From the IMG/VR virus record IMGVR_UViG_3300047472_000134, positions 1 through 64,000 of that record: a DNA stretch of 64,000 bases; one strand, given 5' to 3'. Each line of letters opens with the position of its first letter. Positions within the stretch are counted from its first letter, which is position 1. Of this stretch, positions 1 through 10,682 are shown in pieces. This DNA is from a virus. The translations under genes were made by a program, and so were the position numbers. The notes under the pieces were generated by a model that did no database searches, was not told where the DNA came from, and saw only the letters and a list, made by a program, of their open reading frames with translations.

Positions 1-98
1 ATGGGATTTCCTCACGTTTGGGACAATGGTTATTCCCTTGTTAAATGAGGAGAAAACCCCATATATGCTACGTTCAAAAACATTCAAAACGGTGGGAA

Positions 99-302
99 AT
101 GCGTCGCTTATCAACCAGTCTTCCAGACGAACTTTTCGAGCTTCTTTCGAGCCGAGCAGAATTCAATCGGCGTTCGATGAACGGCGAACTAATCTTCCTC
201 TTGGAGGCTGCACTTGCGGCTGAACACGGGGACAACCTGGGCATCATTCGAACGATGATGATTGCCCAGGGTGGCTTATCTCAGCTCAGCCCACAGCAGT
301 AA
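99..302 (+). CDS. Arc-family ribbon-helix-helix DNA-binding protein
   Basis: MRRLSTSLPDELFELLSSRAEFNRRSMNGELIFLL matches the Arc pattern (LP.EL...L...A..N.RSMN.E); start taken at ATG 99. Confidence 0.8.
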   Translation: MRRLSTSLPDELFELLSSRAEFNRRSMNGELIFLLEAALAAEHGDNLGIIRTMMIAQGGLSQLSPQQ

Positions 303-738
303 GTGGGTCGAGGATAAATTGGCATTGTACGAATTGAAGAGGGCGGGCATCCGCCCTCGTTACTGGCAAGATCGTCGTTCCATCGACAATGTTGAACCAG
401 CCCTTCTGCTCGAGCGTCTCATGATCGTAGAAGGCAACCTTGCTCCCCGGCCGCAGCCGGTTGAAGATCTCCCCCACATAATTCCGCAGCCTGAATAGAT
501 TCTTGTCATCCGCGTAGGTGGACACGCCGATCGTGAACGAGCCGTGGAACATCTCAGGCGATTCCTCGGTGATCGTGATCGTCGTCGAGCCGATCAGGTC
601 GGTATCCGGAAGCTCGTTGATGTTGGCGTGGGCTTCCCAATCAACATACCCGATCTCGATGTTCGGGTATTTTGGCTGACGATCGTCGATGACGTTGTTC
701 GCAAAAGCTACGACCGATCCCCAAACGTTCTCGTACAT
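286..738 (-). CDS. Putative tail terminator/completion protein
   Basis: 150 aa; last of the connector genes, just before a gene that starts at the left window edge; positional inference. Confidence 0.5.
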   Translation of the reverse strand: MYENVWGSVVAFANNVIDDRQPKYPNIEIGYVDWEAHANINELPDTDLIGSTTITITEESPEMFHGSFTIGVSTYADDKNLFRLRNYVGEIFNRLRPGSKVAFYDHETLEQKGWFNIVDGTTILPVTRADARPLQFVQCQFILDPLTAVG

Positions 739-749
739 ATTAGTTCTCT

Positions 750-1634
750 CTACTTTAAACTGTTTTGAATCGTTGAAGCTACAATCCTGGGGATGCGGTT
801 GAGAGCCCAGAATGTGAACACGGGCTGGAGCAGTGGGCGGTGGTGGCCGTCGATGCCCCGAAGCTTCTTCAGAGACTCACGGGAGATGCCCAAGCTGCGC
901 TCGAACAGCACGTTGGGATCGAAGATCGAGGCCTCGGCCGTCATGACGCCAGGGAGATTTTTCAGGTTGGCTTTTGGCAGGAACGCTAGCTGAATCTTGC
1001 CCGTCTTGATGACGGCCGGAAGGTTCTTGGCCGACCGGTAGGTCTTCGCGTTGCCCTTCATGTAGCCGACCGTCACGGTGCCAGTCTTGGTTGTGATCGT
1101 CTTTGCGAGCCGGCGCAGCTCCATCTGCAGGGCGCCAGTGTGGATGTAGAACTGACGCGCTTGCTCCCGCGGGGTCTTGTCGCTGATCTTCTTCTTGAAC
1201 GGTCCCAAGCGGTCGGGCTCGGTCTTCGACTTCTTCATGATGGTCTTGCGGCTAAGCGCATTCCAGTAGAGTTGGTCGAAGGTGCCGTTTGACTGCAGGG
1301 TTTCGATCCTACCCTTCCCCGCGTTGATGTCGGGCAAGCTGTTGTCGGTCCAATCCATGTGGATGCTGGTCTGCCCAGCCTTGCCGGTGGCCGAGGTCTT
1401 CGACATTGTGCCCACCATGGTGGTGGCGGCGAAGTTCACAGCGGCCTCGAGCGATCGCGCTACGCGATAGTTCAGTTTCTGGCGCAGCTGCTCCACACGG
1501 ACGCGGTCAACATTGGCGACCTGGTCGACGGTCTCAACGCCCGTGGCCGAGATGAACTGGTCGATGCCATCGCTCATCTCCGCGTTGCTGACCTTGCGGT
1601 TGCCCACTTTGAAGGAGACCTTGACGGCCATCAC
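750..1634 (-). CDS. Virion morphogenesis (neck/tail completion) protein
   Basis: Basic 294-aa ORF translationally coupled within the connector block; positional inference. Confidence 0.45.
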   Translation of the reverse strand: MMAVKVSFKVGNRKVSNAEMSDGIDQFISATGVETVDQVANVDRVRVEQLRQKLNYRVARSLEAAVNFAATTMVGTMSKTSATGKAGQTSIHMDWTDNSLPDINAGKGRIETLQSNGTFDQLYWNALSRKTIMKKSKTEPDRLGPFKKKISDKTPREQARQFYIHTGALQMELRRLAKTITTKTGTVTVGYMKGNAKTYRSAKNLPAVIKTGKIQLAFLPKANLKNLPGVMTAEASIFDPNVLFERSLGISRESLKKLRGIDGHHRPLLQPVFTFWALNRIPRIVASTIQNSLK

Positions 1635-2176
1635 TGCACCTCGGCCAGGTAGACTCCCCGGAAGATGTTGACGCGCTTCACGACGAGACCGTCGAGAATG
1701 TCGTTGAGCTCGAGCTTGGCCGAGCTGAAGACGGTGAAGCCCTCTTCCTTCACACGGATGGTGCCATCGGCCTGCTCGCGGTTGATCCGCTCTTCCAGGA
1801 TCCAGATCTCTCCGATCAGGGTCTTGCCGGCCGACTTCGGAAGCCTGGTCAATGGATCAATGACCGACACTTCGCGCTCCCATGTCACCTTCTTGGTGAG
1901 CGGGATCAGCATGTGCGAGCGGTACTCGACGATGTTGCGTGTGAAGGAGCCATCGTGGTCGGCCACCAGGAAGTAGCGGTCCATGTCATCAACGATGACA
2001 TCGAGCGTTTTCACCAGGCAATCAGGCGAGACGCGAAGCAGCCGGCGGGGTGTGCTGAAATCGTAGCCGATCAGCTTGCCCTCGAGATCCTGTTCGATGG
2101 TCCCTTTGAAGGGCAGACCATCTACACGATACATCAGGCTGTTGAAGCGAAGTCCAGCGGTCTTCAGGCTAACCAT
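1631..2176 (-). CDS. Putative head closure/stopper protein
   Basis: Beta-rich 181-aa ORF following the adaptor gene. Confidence 0.5.
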   Translation of the reverse strand: MVSLKTAGLRFNSLMYRVDGLPFKGTIEQDLEGKLIGYDFSTPRRLLRVSPDCLVKTLDVIVDDMDRYFLVADHDGSFTRNIVEYRSHMLIPLTKKVTWEREVSVIDPLTRLPKSAGKTLIGEIWILEERINREQADGTIRVKEEGFTVFSSAKLELNDILDGLVVKRVNIFRGVYLAEVQ

Positions 2177-2179
2177 GCG

Positions 2180-2899
2180 TCACCCCGTGATGGCGTCAGT
2201 GTTCGTGGTGATGAGAAAGTACGTCGGCGTGACCTCGGTCTTGACGACCACTAGATCGAGCGCTTCCTGATATCGGCTCTCAGCTTCGGCCTTCAGCTTG
2301 TCGAGCTCCTTGAGATCGACGCGACTGAACTCCTTGACGCCATTCTTCTCGGACTGCGCCATCCGCTGCTTGGCGGACGGCAGCACATCGAGAACGGCTC
2401 GCATCGAAATCAGGGTGTTGGCTGCAATTTCCTCGGCCGTGCCAGAGGCCAGTGTGGATGCGAGAAGATCGGCGCCGACCTCCTTCTGCACGGTAAGGAA
2501 TGCGGAGAAGAGATCGATGTCTGCGTCGGGCAGCTCGTGGTCTTCAATACCGATGAAGGCACGGACCTGTTGAGCTGAGACGGAGTGGATGGGTTCAGGC
2601 ACCACGCGGTAGGCACGGTTGAGCTGCAGCTCCTGACCCTGGATGGTGAATTTCACGATGACGCTGCGGCGCTCAAAGACACGCGAGGAGTCGATTTGAT
2701 GTGCCGAGGACGGTACGAGGATGGTCATCTGGTATGTCGCCGCCGTCGTCACGTAGGCGATGTCTTCCAGGCCAGGCATTGCTGCGCCAGCCTGGTTGCG
2801 GATTGTGTACGTCACGGAGCCAACATCGGGGACAACCGGCTGGTTGCCGACGAGGAACGGAATGGTCAATGCAGACGGCGTGCCCCCGATGATGTCCAT
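2180..2899 (-). CDS. Putative head-tail adaptor protein
   Basis: Two genes downstream of the capsid gene; helical C-terminal region (VRAFIGIEDHELPDADI) resembles adaptors. Confidence 0.55.
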   Translation of the reverse strand: MDIIGGTPSALTIPFLVGNQPVVPDVGSVTYTIRNQAGAAMPGLEDIAYVTTAATYQMTILVPSSAHQIDSSRVFERRSVIVKFTIQGQELQLNRAYRVVPEPIHSVSAQQVRAFIGIEDHELPDADIDLFSAFLTVQKEVGADLLASTLASGTAEEIAANTLISMRAVLDVLPSAKQRMAQSEKNGVKEFSRVDLKELDKLKAEAESRYQEALDLVVVKTEVTPTYFLITTNTDAITG

Positions 2900-2901
2900 G
2901 A

Positions 2902-3183
2902 TTACTTGCCCTTCTTGGCGACAGGTGCGGCTGGTGCGAATTTGGACAGGAAGGAGTCGATCGCGAGATCGCGCTTGCCGTCGCTATCCCTCCAGAAGGC
3001 TTCGAACTCGGCGTCCGTGGCTTCATCCGGAACGTCTTCGACCTTACGGATCTGGTTGATCGCAATGCGGGATTCGATGAACGGCGACAGCTCGATGACG
3101 CCGGGGCGGCTCGAGTACAGGGCATCACCAGTGCTCAGATCGTTGATCATGAATTCACCAGTGGTCTCAGCGAGGATTTTCAT
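2902..3183 (-). CDS. Hypothetical virion-associated protein
   Basis: 93 aa with RBS (AGGAGA), directly after the capsid gene. Confidence 0.6.
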   Translation of the reverse strand: MKILAETTGEFMINDLSTGDALYSSRPGVIELSPFIESRIAINQIRKVEDVPDEATDAEFEAFWRDSDGKRDLAIDSFLSKFAPAAPVAKKGK

Positions 3184-3256
3184 TCCGGGATCTCCTAAAA
3201 AGAAGCCCGCCGTCCAGGGAGTTGAACGACGGGCGTTGATGGTGGCTGACTAGGGC

Positions 3257-4444
3257 TTAGCGGCCGAAGTCGAAGATCGAGCGGGTGTCACCGAAGTTCA
3301 TCTTGTAGCCAGCGTTCGTGGTCTTAACGACCGTGACCGACTGGTTGGCGATGGAGCGCTCGGACTCTTCGATGTCCGAACCGGCTTCGATCAGCTCTTC
3401 CATCGTGTCGCCCTTGGAGAGGCCGATGAGAGTGCCGGCCGCAGCCGTCGTGGAGATCGCGAAGTTGGCGATACCGCGGAGGATCGGAACGCCACCGAGC
3501 TGGAAGCCCTGTGCCGATGCGATCTCGGACTCGGTCTTGCCCTGGTTGCCAACGACAGGCAGAGCGAACAGTTCGAGCCACTCGAGGTAGGCGTCCCAGT
3601 TGCCGACGACGGTGTCGATCGGGGTGCCGGCCTTGGCGCGGGCGATCATCCACTTCACGAGAGCGCGGCGGTTGATCTTGCCAGCGGTTGCGCCGCTTTC
3701 CAGCGAGGACTGGAGGACGACGGGAGCCGCAGCGTTCACGCCGTCGCCGTTGACCAGAAGGGCCGTAGCGGCAGCAACCTTGGACATCTCAGCTTCGCGA
3801 AGCATGCGAACGAAGTACGGAGTCATCAGATCCAGGCGAGCGCGGCGACCGAACTCGTAGGAGTAACGCAGACCACCGCCGTGCTTGTAGATCGCGACCG
3901 AGGTCTGGCTCGTGCGGATCGTGCGAACCGGTACGCGGCCGAGTTCAGCGACGGCGCGGACGGTCTGGTAATCGTCGGCCTGGTCATTCACGACCGTCGA
4001 GATCATTTCCGTGCCCGAGATCGTGCGCGACTGCGACAGCATAGGCTGAACGCTTTCCAGCTGGTCCTGGCGGTACTTCCAGCGAACCATGTCGTCGACA
4101 ACTTCCGGGAACATCGCACGGGTACCGGCGTAGGTCTGGAAGGTGTCGGAAGCGGCGTCGAGAACGATGCCATTTGCGAAGTCGTCACGAACCGGGAGGT
4201 TCAGGAACGACAGGGCAGCTTCGTAGCCGGTGAGGTAGCCATTGCCGTCCTGGTAGCGCTCGCGGTGCTCGGAAGCCGAGGCATCGATCGCGAGGGTCAG
4301 GAAGTCACGCAGGTTGACGCCGTAGTTCTTGGCTTCAGCGATCAGCGCGTGGGCTGCAGACAAGCTTGCGGCCGGATTGACATCCAGCAGGCCGCTGAGC
4401 GTTTCAACTCCGCGGCGCTTGATCTTGGTGAGGGATTCGGTCAT
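3257..4444 (-). CDS. Major capsid protein (HK97 fold inferred)
   Basis: 395 aa, strongly biased codons, after protease and decoration genes; V.ELG..P...I and KHGG.L.YSYE segments typical of capsid E-loop/P-domain. Confidence 0.85.
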   Translation of the reverse strand: MTESLTKIKRRGVETLSGLLDVNPAASLSAAHALIAEAKNYGVNLRDFLTLAIDASASEHRERYQDGNGYLTGYEAALSFLNLPVRDDFANGIVLDAASDTFQTYAGTRAMFPEVVDDMVRWKYRQDQLESVQPMLSQSRTISGTEMISTVVNDQADDYQTVRAVAELGRVPVRTIRTSQTSVAIYKHGGGLRYSYEFGRRARLDLMTPYFVRMLREAEMSKVAAATALLVNGDGVNAAAPVVLQSSLESGATAGKINRRALVKWMIARAKAGTPIDTVVGNWDAYLEWLELFALPVVGNQGKTESEIASAQGFQLGGVPILRGIANFAISTTAAAGTLIGLSKGDTMEELIEAGSDIEESERSIANQSVTVVKTTNAGYKMNFGDTRSIFDFGR

Positions 4445-4477
4445 TTCAGAATTCTCCGTTAATCTTGTGCGCGGGGC

Positions 4478-4876
4478 TTAGATCTGGACGACGACAGCGT
4501 CGGTCCCGATGATCTCAGCAACCCAATTCTTGGTGTGATCGGCTGCAGTCGCCTTCTTGACCGTGCCGCCGCCGCCGCCGATGGCCGTGTCACCAACAGC
4601 GAGGGCATCGCCGTTCTTGATCGGCACGAGGTTGGCGAACTTCAGCTCAACGGCGCCTACCAGCTGGCCTTCGACCTTGCGATCTTCGACGGTCTGGAGA
4701 CGGCCGATGATCGTGTCGCCATCAGCTGCGAGCTTGGCCTTGTTCGGACCCGACGTGTCGACGGAAACAGCCTTGCCAGCGTCAGCTGCGGTGATGCCGG
4801 CTGCGAGCGTGAAGGTCAGGATGAAGTCTTCGAAGTGGAAACCACGAAGACTGACTTTGGTGTGGAAATTGGCCAT
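4478..4876 (-). CDS. Capsid decoration/cement protein
   Basis: 132 aa, Gly/Ala/Val-rich, between protease and capsid genes. Confidence 0.65.
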   Translation of the reverse strand: MANFHTKVSLRGFHFEDFILTFTLAAGITAADAGKAVSVDTSGPNKAKLAADGDTIIGRLQTVEDRKVEGQLVGAVELKFANLVPIKNGDALAVGDTAIGGGGGTVKKATAADHTKNWVAEIIGTDAVVVQI

Positions 4877-4903
4877 GGTTGGTTCTGTTCTCCGTGGGGT
4901 GGA

Positions 4904-6019
4904 TTAGCGGGCCGAGCGGAAGGCGCCGATGTGGCGAGCCGGCTGGGTTTCGAGATCGCCAGGGCGGTCGTCAGCATTGCCGCCGGCCTTGAGCACGAGC
5001 GTGTTGGAATGCTCAGCGATCAGAGCGGACAGCTCGGTGACCGTCTTAGGCAGTTCAACGTTGAGCTTGCCGACCTTTGTGAGGACGCCCTGGGCAACGG
5101 CCGAGAGAGCGGCTACGGCGGTATCGCGCTCGGCAGTAACAGCGGCGACGTCGACGGCCTTAGCAGCGGTGAGCTGCGTGCTGAGATCAGCGATCGAGGC
5201 ATCGCGTTCGACGATGGTGGCTTCCAGAGTGGCGACCTTGCCGGTTGCTTCCGTCACGTCGCGCTTGGCATTGGTGAGGTCGGCCGTCGTGGTCGTCAGG
5301 TTGGCGACGAGAGTTGCGAGATCCATAAGATTTTCCTTGGGTGCAGTTGCTGTTGCGAGCAGGACGAGGGAGTTCGGGTCCATCCCGGAAGCTGCGAGGC
5401 TTTCGAGGGACTGGCCGAAGTGCGACCGGTCGCGGGAAACGATCCGAGCATTTTGGGCGCCACCCTGGCCGACGAGGGACAGCTCGAAAAACTTGTCGAG
5501 GCCGACCATGCGTGCGTAGACGCCGTCCTTGCCAACCTGGTTTCCGTCGTTGTCCGTGCCTGACCAGATGTTCTCGCCCGAGGAGTCGGGACCGAAGTAA
5601 TCGAAGCCTGACTTGGAATTGAGCATCTGCTTCGCGAGCACCGACACAGAGACCTGGTCGACGCTGCCCGCTTCGATCTTCGTCGCCTCTGCATTGGCGG
5701 TGGGGTCGAGGAAGAACAGCACGCGGAGTTCGGATTCGACGCCTGTGTCCTTGACCTCGCCGTGGAAGACGCGGCCGATCGGAAGTGGGGAAGTGTTGTG
5801 CATGATCTGCACGGGGCGAGATTCACGCTTCAGTTCACCCGCCATCTCGAGCAGGAAGGCACGGTCGGCGCGAGCGCCCTTGTAAAGAGGGTGTTCTTTC
5901 CGGATCGGGAGGGTGTTAAAAGCAATCGCTTCGTAAACACGCAGCGCATCGACATCGACATCGCCCGCGGATGCGGCGAGAAGATCTCGGATAGCCTGTG
6001 TTTTTTCGATTTGCTTCAT
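4904..6019 (-). CDS. Prohead protease with C-terminal coiled-coil scaffold
   Basis: PVQIMH..., IGR, VSVS and ELSLV..G....A motifs of HK97-type proteases; Ala/Thr-rich heptads from MDLATLV onward. Confidence 0.75.
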   Translation of the reverse strand: MKQIEKTQAIRDLLAASAGDVDVDALRVYEAIAFNTLPIRKEHPLYKGARADRAFLLEMAGELKRESRPVQIMHNTSPLPIGRVFHGEVKDTGVESELRVLFFLDPTANAEATKIEAGSVDQVSVSVLAKQMLNSKSGFDYFGPDSSGENIWSGTDNDGNQVGKDGVYARMVGLDKFFELSLVGQGGAQNARIVSRDRSHFGQSLESLAASGMDPNSLVLLATATAPKENLMDLATLVANLTTTTADLTNAKRDVTEATGKVATLEATIVERDASIADLSTQLTAAKAVDVAAVTAERDTAVAALSAVAQGVLTKVGKLNVELPKTVTELSALIAEHSNTLVLKAGGNADDRPGDLETQPARHIGAFRSAR

Positions 6020-6095
6020 CAGTTCAGTGGTCCCGGTTGGTTCACTGAAAGATGGAAACTGATGCTCCTGAGTTCAATTAACCTATTGAATCACA

Positions 6096-6389
6096 ATGAT
6101 TAATGATGAACCAAAAGAACGCTACGCGCCGCGGTATGACTGGCGAGAGACGGTCGATTGCGAAGGGATGCAGGACTACTGCTCCTGGGATGACGGCGTG
6201 CAGTTCGGACGCATCCTGAAAGACTCAATCAACTACCAAAGGAAAGGCTACTGGAGGTGGGCGATGAACTATATCCCATGGCAGCGACAGTATTTGACGT
6301 CCCATAATGGTTGGGAGCCGAAGATGCGTGATGCAATTCAAAAAGTCGAAGAGCATTATGAAATGCTCAAGCAGCTACACGGGCGTTGA
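6096..6389 (+). CDS. Hypothetical protein (moron, opposite strand)
   Basis: 97 aa, Trp-rich, divergent from the protease gene, lower GC. Confidence 0.6.
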   Translation: MINDEPKERYAPRYDWRETVDCEGMQDYCSWDDGVQFGRILKDSINYQRKGYWRWAMNYIPWQRQYLTSHNGWEPKMRDAIQKVEEHYEMLKQLHGR

Positions 6390-7620
6390 GTGCCAGCTGT
6401 GGCGCGATGATCTGGGCAATGACGTTCGCCATGTAGCTGTTTGGATGGGTGCCATCTGCAGTGGGCACTGGAGGAGCCGGCCAGATGAGGCTGTCGCGAG
6501 CCGTCATGGATGCGTCTGCGACCTCGAGCACCTTGACGACGTTCGCTGGCTTGGCCCTGATCGACGCATTGAGAGGCACGAGGGAGGCCATGTTGCCATC
6601 TGTCTTGCCCGACTGGTTCGCGGTCGTGGCATATCCATCGGTCGAGGCAGAACGAGGTGTCAGCGTCGACTGGTAGATCGCCTTGCCTGCGAACAGTCCA
6701 TAGATGGTCTGATGATCGGCAAGGATCTGGGCTTGGGTGCGGGACAGCCGAAGATCGTTGATACCATGCTCGCTAATGACGTCACTGAACGACAGGAGGT
6801 TGATCAATGCAGTCGGGTAAGCGAGCGAGCTCACGAACTCACTGGCGAGCTGGCCTGGCTTCGCGATTTTGACATAAGGATAGCCGTAGACATCCAGGGC
6901 GCGAGCGATCCAGCCTGACCCCCGCTTTGCTCCTACGGTCGTGATGTCCCCCTCGCCAAAGGCGATACTGTCTCCAACGATCAGGAAGCTGCGAGCGTTG
7001 TCAGCCGCGATGTCGCCAATCATGGCCGTTGCGCCGAACGTGGTGACCACGCTCGTCGCTGCGATCGTCCCGCTATTGCCAAGATCAGATGCTGAGTTTC
7101 CGTCTGGGATGCCCAAGGCCTGCGAGGAAGCAGGCGTCGCCTGGCAGGGGAACAGCGAGACCTGGCCATTGAGATTGACCGTTCGTTCCCAGAACTCAGC
7201 GCCCTTCGGGATAGTCAGATTGATGGCGTCTGAAACTACGTTCTCCCCGGAGATCGTGACGGATGGTTGCCCACCCCAGGTGACCTGGGTGAAGACACCT
7301 GCTGGGTACTCGATGAACCGCTTGATGGTACGGGTCGCTGCGAGCGAGGGTGTGTTGCCGACAATGACGAAATTGGCGTCGATCGTCCGGAAGTTCGACA
7401 CATCGCCATCCGGGTGGGCGAAGTGAGACCGCCGAGATGTGTAATTAGCGGGGATAGAGACCGTCGAGGTCGGCGCTTGGAAGCGGCTACCGATGATGCC
7501 TACCGTCTTCGCAGGTGTTGGTGGCACGACGACGACAGGGGGTCGCTTGATTACAACAGATGCACCCAGGCGAAGCTTGAGGCCCCGGAGGCCCCCGATG
7601 GAGGTCCGGAGGCCCCGCAT
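6367..7620 (-). CDS. SGNH/GDSL hydrolase-domain protein (probable virion esterase)
   Basis: GDSIAFG (block I), GINDL (block III) and DGTHP (block V) motifs. Confidence 0.8.
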   Translation of the reverse strand: MRGLRTSIGGLRGLKLRLGASVVIKRPPVVVVPPTPAKTVGIIGSRFQAPTSTVSIPANYTSRRSHFAHPDGDVSNFRTIDANFVIVGNTPSLAATRTIKRFIEYPAGVFTQVTWGGQPSVTISGENVVSDAINLTIPKGAEFWERTVNLNGQVSLFPCQATPASSQALGIPDGNSASDLGNSGTIAATSVVTTFGATAMIGDIAADNARSFLIVGDSIAFGEGDITTVGAKRGSGWIARALDVYGYPYVKIAKPGQLASEFVSSLAYPTALINLLSFSDVISEHGINDLRLSRTQAQILADHQTIYGLFAGKAIYQSTLTPRSASTDGYATTANQSGKTDGNMASLVPLNASIRAKPANVVKVLEVADASMTARDSLIWPAPPVPTADGTHPNSYMANVIAQIIAPQLALNARVAA

Positions 7621-7967
7621 TAGGCAGCACTCACGACGTTGGCCTTGTCGCCAGCTTCGCAGGGGATGTCGCGGCTCTCGCCCGCGGCGATGTGAACACG
7701 GGTGTTGTCACGGTTGGTGCTGACCGCCTTCGAAGCGTCCGGAGCTTTACCACGGGCGACGTAGATCGGGCCGGTGGAAGGGGCGCGAACGCGAAACACA
7801 AAGGTTGACTTGACTGCAAGGTCACCCGGCGTGCCAACACCAGATGCGGCCTGACCCGTTGAACCGTTGACAGCGAGCGTCTCAGACCAGAGAGGAGAAA
7901 AGATCTCGCCACTTCCGGCCTTCAGGGCGACACCCATTTCGACGTGGGCACCTGTGAATTCAGCCAT
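7620..7967 (-). CDS. Hypothetical small beta-rich virion protein
   Basis: 115 aa, RBS GGAG, coupled to the SGNH gene. Confidence 0.6.
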   Translation of the reverse strand: MAEFTGAHVEMGVALKAGSGEIFSPLWSETLAVNGSTGQAASGVGTPGDLAVKSTFVFRVRAPSTGPIYVARGKAPDASKAVSTNRDNTRVHIAAGESRDIPCEAGDKANVVSAA

Positions 7968-8062
7968 AGTGGATCTCCGAAGGAAAAGCGTGGAAACGGG
8001 TTTTCTTAAAAATGACCCCTGCTCGGGGTTATTTCAATAAAGCATTGATTCGTAACGATTAA

Positions 8063-8758
8063 TTATGACGCGCTTTGAGGCCAATAGGATGGGTTGGTCG
8101 CGAAGTCAGCTGGCCGAGGGTTCTGCTGCTTCAGTAGAAAGCCCGCGAAGATGTGAGCTTCCTTGTGGCTCAGTGCGGTATACCCGAACCGCATTGCAGT
8201 CTGAGCGTCCATCGCCACGGTAGAGTTGTCTGCTGCAATCCAGCGGAACTCGGCCGGCGCAGTCGGGTCCAAGAGTTGGCGCCAGGCTAGATTACCTGGC
8301 TGAGCTCCGAAGATCGTGATGGCGTCGGACGCTGCAGCCTTGGCGCCTGCGATGTTCTCGCGGTCCTCCGGACGGGCCTGGAAGAGAGCGCCGTCGAAAT
8401 AGAAGCCCGCGTCGATCCTGCGATCGCGCTCGGCGTCGATCTCGGCCGAGGTAACGCCTGCGACCTTGACTACCGAGGCCGACGCCATGCTGTATTCGAA
8501 TGCTAATTGGTGTTCATGGAAAGAGAACAGTTCGTCGATCTGTGGCGACAGGGCATTCCAGATGGCTACTGAGATATCCGCGTGTTCAGCGTTGGCACCG
8601 AGGTTCGCGGCCACGATGTCCACCACACCAATATGTGTGCTCTCGACACCTGGTCGAGCTTCGTCGGTGAAAACCCAGATGAACTCGACCAAGTTGATGC
8701 GATCGGCATCAGTCGCCAGCCAGATCCTGGAAAACGACTCTTCGCGTGAAAGGCTCAC
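8063..8758 (-). CDS. DUF4376-like fibre-associated/assembly protein
   Basis: IDAERDRRI..GF.F.G..FQ...D.ENI and WIAADNS.V.MD motifs; start re-called at GTG overlapping the upstream TGA. Confidence 0.7.
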   Translation of the reverse strand: MSLSREESFSRIWLATDADRINLVEFIWVFTDEARPGVESTHIGVVDIVAANLGANAEHADISVAIWNALSPQIDELFSFHEHQLAFEYSMASASVVKVAGVTSAEIDAERDRRIDAGFYFDGALFQARPEDRENIAGAKAAASDAITIFGAQPGNLAWRQLLDPTAPAEFRWIAADNSTVAMDAQTAMRFGYTALSHKEAHIFAGFLLKQQNPRPADFATNPSYWPQSAS

Positions 8759-9819
8759 GTCATTGCTCCTTGAATTGTACCTGTGTTGTTGACGGTGCGA
8801 GCCACGCCCTGAATTGCAGCTCCCGCCGGGCCACCTACAGTGCCCGCCGTTCCCGCAGTTCCCGCTGTTGCGTTGCCGCTCGCGCCGGTACTGCCCGTCG
8901 CTCCGATAGTTCCTGCAGTGCCCCAATCACCACCCGCGCCGCCTGGTCCCCCAGTACCACCGGCGCCAGAGTTGCCCCCGTTGTTGCCGCCGGCCGCTCC
9001 CACGCCGCCTGCCACGTTGGAGTTTCCGAAGCCACGACCGCGTCCGCCTGAGCCGCCTACACCACCAGCTGCGCCTGCCATGCTTGCCGGATACTGTCTC
9101 GAAATGTAGTAGAAGACCTGCGATCCGGACTTCGATTGCTGCTGAGCGCGATAGTATGTGACATTACCCTGTGACGTTGATGTCAGCTTGGTATAATCGC
9201 CCGAATTGGACTCAATAACATCGCCGCCATTCCATCGTGCGTTGATTCCAACAGTTGAGCTCGCTGAGCCTGTTCTCCAACGATAAACGTTGACAGTGTA
9301 AAGCGGCCCCTCTGACACAGTATAGGAACCGTTGCCCCCCGTGCCGCCATTACCCCCAAGGCCGCCGCCACCGCCGCCACTGCGGATCGCGCCTGAGTTA
9401 TTTATTTCGACGGACGCGGTTGAGACTTGGATTGCTGGCCCGCCAGCTCCGCTATTCGCGGCTCCCGGAGCGCCTTGGATCTCACCCGCGTTTTCGACCG
9501 AAAGGATGCCACCAAGACCGGCCCCTGTTGTTAAAGCCGCAGTGGATACTGATGTCGCACCGATGATAACGCCTGCGACAATGACGACACGCTTCTTCGT
9601 GGTGGACGCCCAGTCCACAGAACTGAAGAGGGTGGAAACATTGAGATCGTTGATGTTGGCGGCGACTGTCGCAACAATCTCAGCCGCATAGAACTGGATC
9701 CAAGCGTCAGCCTGTTTGACGAAAGCCTTGGTGGCCGAGCGCCAAACACCCTGCGAGTCTCGGGCGAAGACAGACTTGACCTTCCCTTGGACATCGTCCT
9801 GCTTCGCCCAACCGGTCAC
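8755..9819 (-). CDS. Glycine-rich fibre/receptor-binding-like protein
   Basis: GGGGGG and GAGG-type repeats flanking an aromatic central domain. Confidence 0.65.
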   Translation of the reverse strand: MTGWAKQDDVQGKVKSVFARDSQGVWRSATKAFVKQADAWIQFYAAEIVATVAANINDLNVSTLFSSVDWASTTKKRVVIVAGVIIGATSVSTAALTTGAGLGGILSVENAGEIQGAPGAANSGAGGPAIQVSTASVEINNSGAIRSGGGGGGLGGNGGTGGNGSYTVSEGPLYTVNVYRWRTGSASSTVGINARWNGGDVIESNSGDYTKLTSTSQGNVTYYRAQQQSKSGSQVFYYISRQYPASMAGAAGGVGGSGGRGRGFGNSNVAGGVGAAGGNNGGNSGAGGTGGPGGAGGDWGTAGTIGATGSTGASGNATAGTAGTAGTVGGPAGAAIQGVARTVNNTGTIQGAMT

Positions 9820-10682
9820 GGCGCAGCCACCTGAAGCCAGAGGTCACCGTTCGCGCCGTCCGCGGCGGTCGGTGCAGCCGTCGAGACGAAGATGTCCCGG
9901 AAGGCGGCGTTCTTCAGGCCGGTAGGCATAGGTCCGGTATCACCTTTGACACCTTGGGCGCCTGTGTCGCCCTTCACGCCTTGAATGCCTTGATCACCCT
10001 TGATGCCCTGAATTCCCTGGTCACCCTTCGCGCCCGTGAGACCGATGTCGCCTTTGACGCCCTGAACACCTTGGATGCCCTGGTCACCTTTGGCTCCCTG
10101 CGCTCCCGTGTCCCCCTTCGGACCCGTCTCTCCGATGTCACCCTTCGGGCCGGCCACACCTTGGATACCCTGGTCACCTTGCGGTCCAGCTGGACCGATC
10201 GGCCCGACGACACCTTGGATGCCCTGGTCCCCCTTCGGACCCTGTATACCTTGCTCACCCTGCGGGCCGGCGGGGCCGACTGGACCGACCTCGCCCTTGG
10301 GACCAGCTACGCCTTGAATACCCTGATCACCTTGCGGGCCAGCTGGGCCGACAGGTCCACCGGATGGTCCGATCGGGCCTGTGTCTCCTTGGTCACCCTT
10401 GGGGCCGAGATCCCCTTTGATACCCTGAATACCCTGGTCGCCTTTCAGGCCCTGGATACCCTGATCACCCTTCGGACCCTGAATGCCCTGGATACCCTGA
10501 ATGCCTTGGATACCTTGATCGCCTTTGTCGCCCTTCGATCCCTGCGGTCCAACTGCGCCGCGTGGCCCCGGCACGCCTTCGGTGAATACCTCCACGATCT
10601 CGGGAGGCTGTTCGATCACCAGCTCGATCAGCTGCGTCGGATCGACGACGATCTCAATGACTTCAGTCATGGTTGACCCCAC
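9816..10682 (-). CDS. Collagen-like fibre protein
   Basis: Long Gly-X-Y array (GDQGIQG, GPKGD) and a C-terminal AP...GANGDLW motif; start could be ATG 10670. Confidence 0.9.
   Translation of the reverse strand: MGSTMTEVIEIVVDPTQLIELVIEQPPEIVEVFTEGVPGPRGAVGPQGSKGDKGDQGIQGIQGIQGIQGPKGDQGIQGLKGDQGIQGIKGDLGPKGDQGDTGPIGPSGGPVGPAGPQGDQGIQGVAGPKGEVGPVGPAGPQGEQGIQGPKGDQGIQGVVGPIGPAGPQGDQGIQGVAGPKGDIGETGPKGDTGAQGAKGDQGIQGVQGVKGDIGLTGAKGDQGIQGIKGDQGIQGVKGDTGAQGVKGDTGPMPTGLKNAAFRDIFVSTAAPTAADGANGDLWLQVAAP
9930..10575 (-). repeat. Coding Gly-X-Y repeat tract
   Basis: 9-nt periodic degenerate repeats, e.g. ccctggataccctgatcaccc. Confidence 0.85.

Noticed and set aside
6072-8050. TCAAT-N-ATTGA palindromes upstream of two late genes (about 6073 and 8030)
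   Set aside because: Only two copies, with different spacers (6 versus 5 nt), in AT-rich DNA; could be chance
9930-10575. Repeat array as CRISPR or DGR template
   Set aside because: Repeats are in-frame Gly-X-Y codons with no spacers; no cas or reverse transcriptase gene seen
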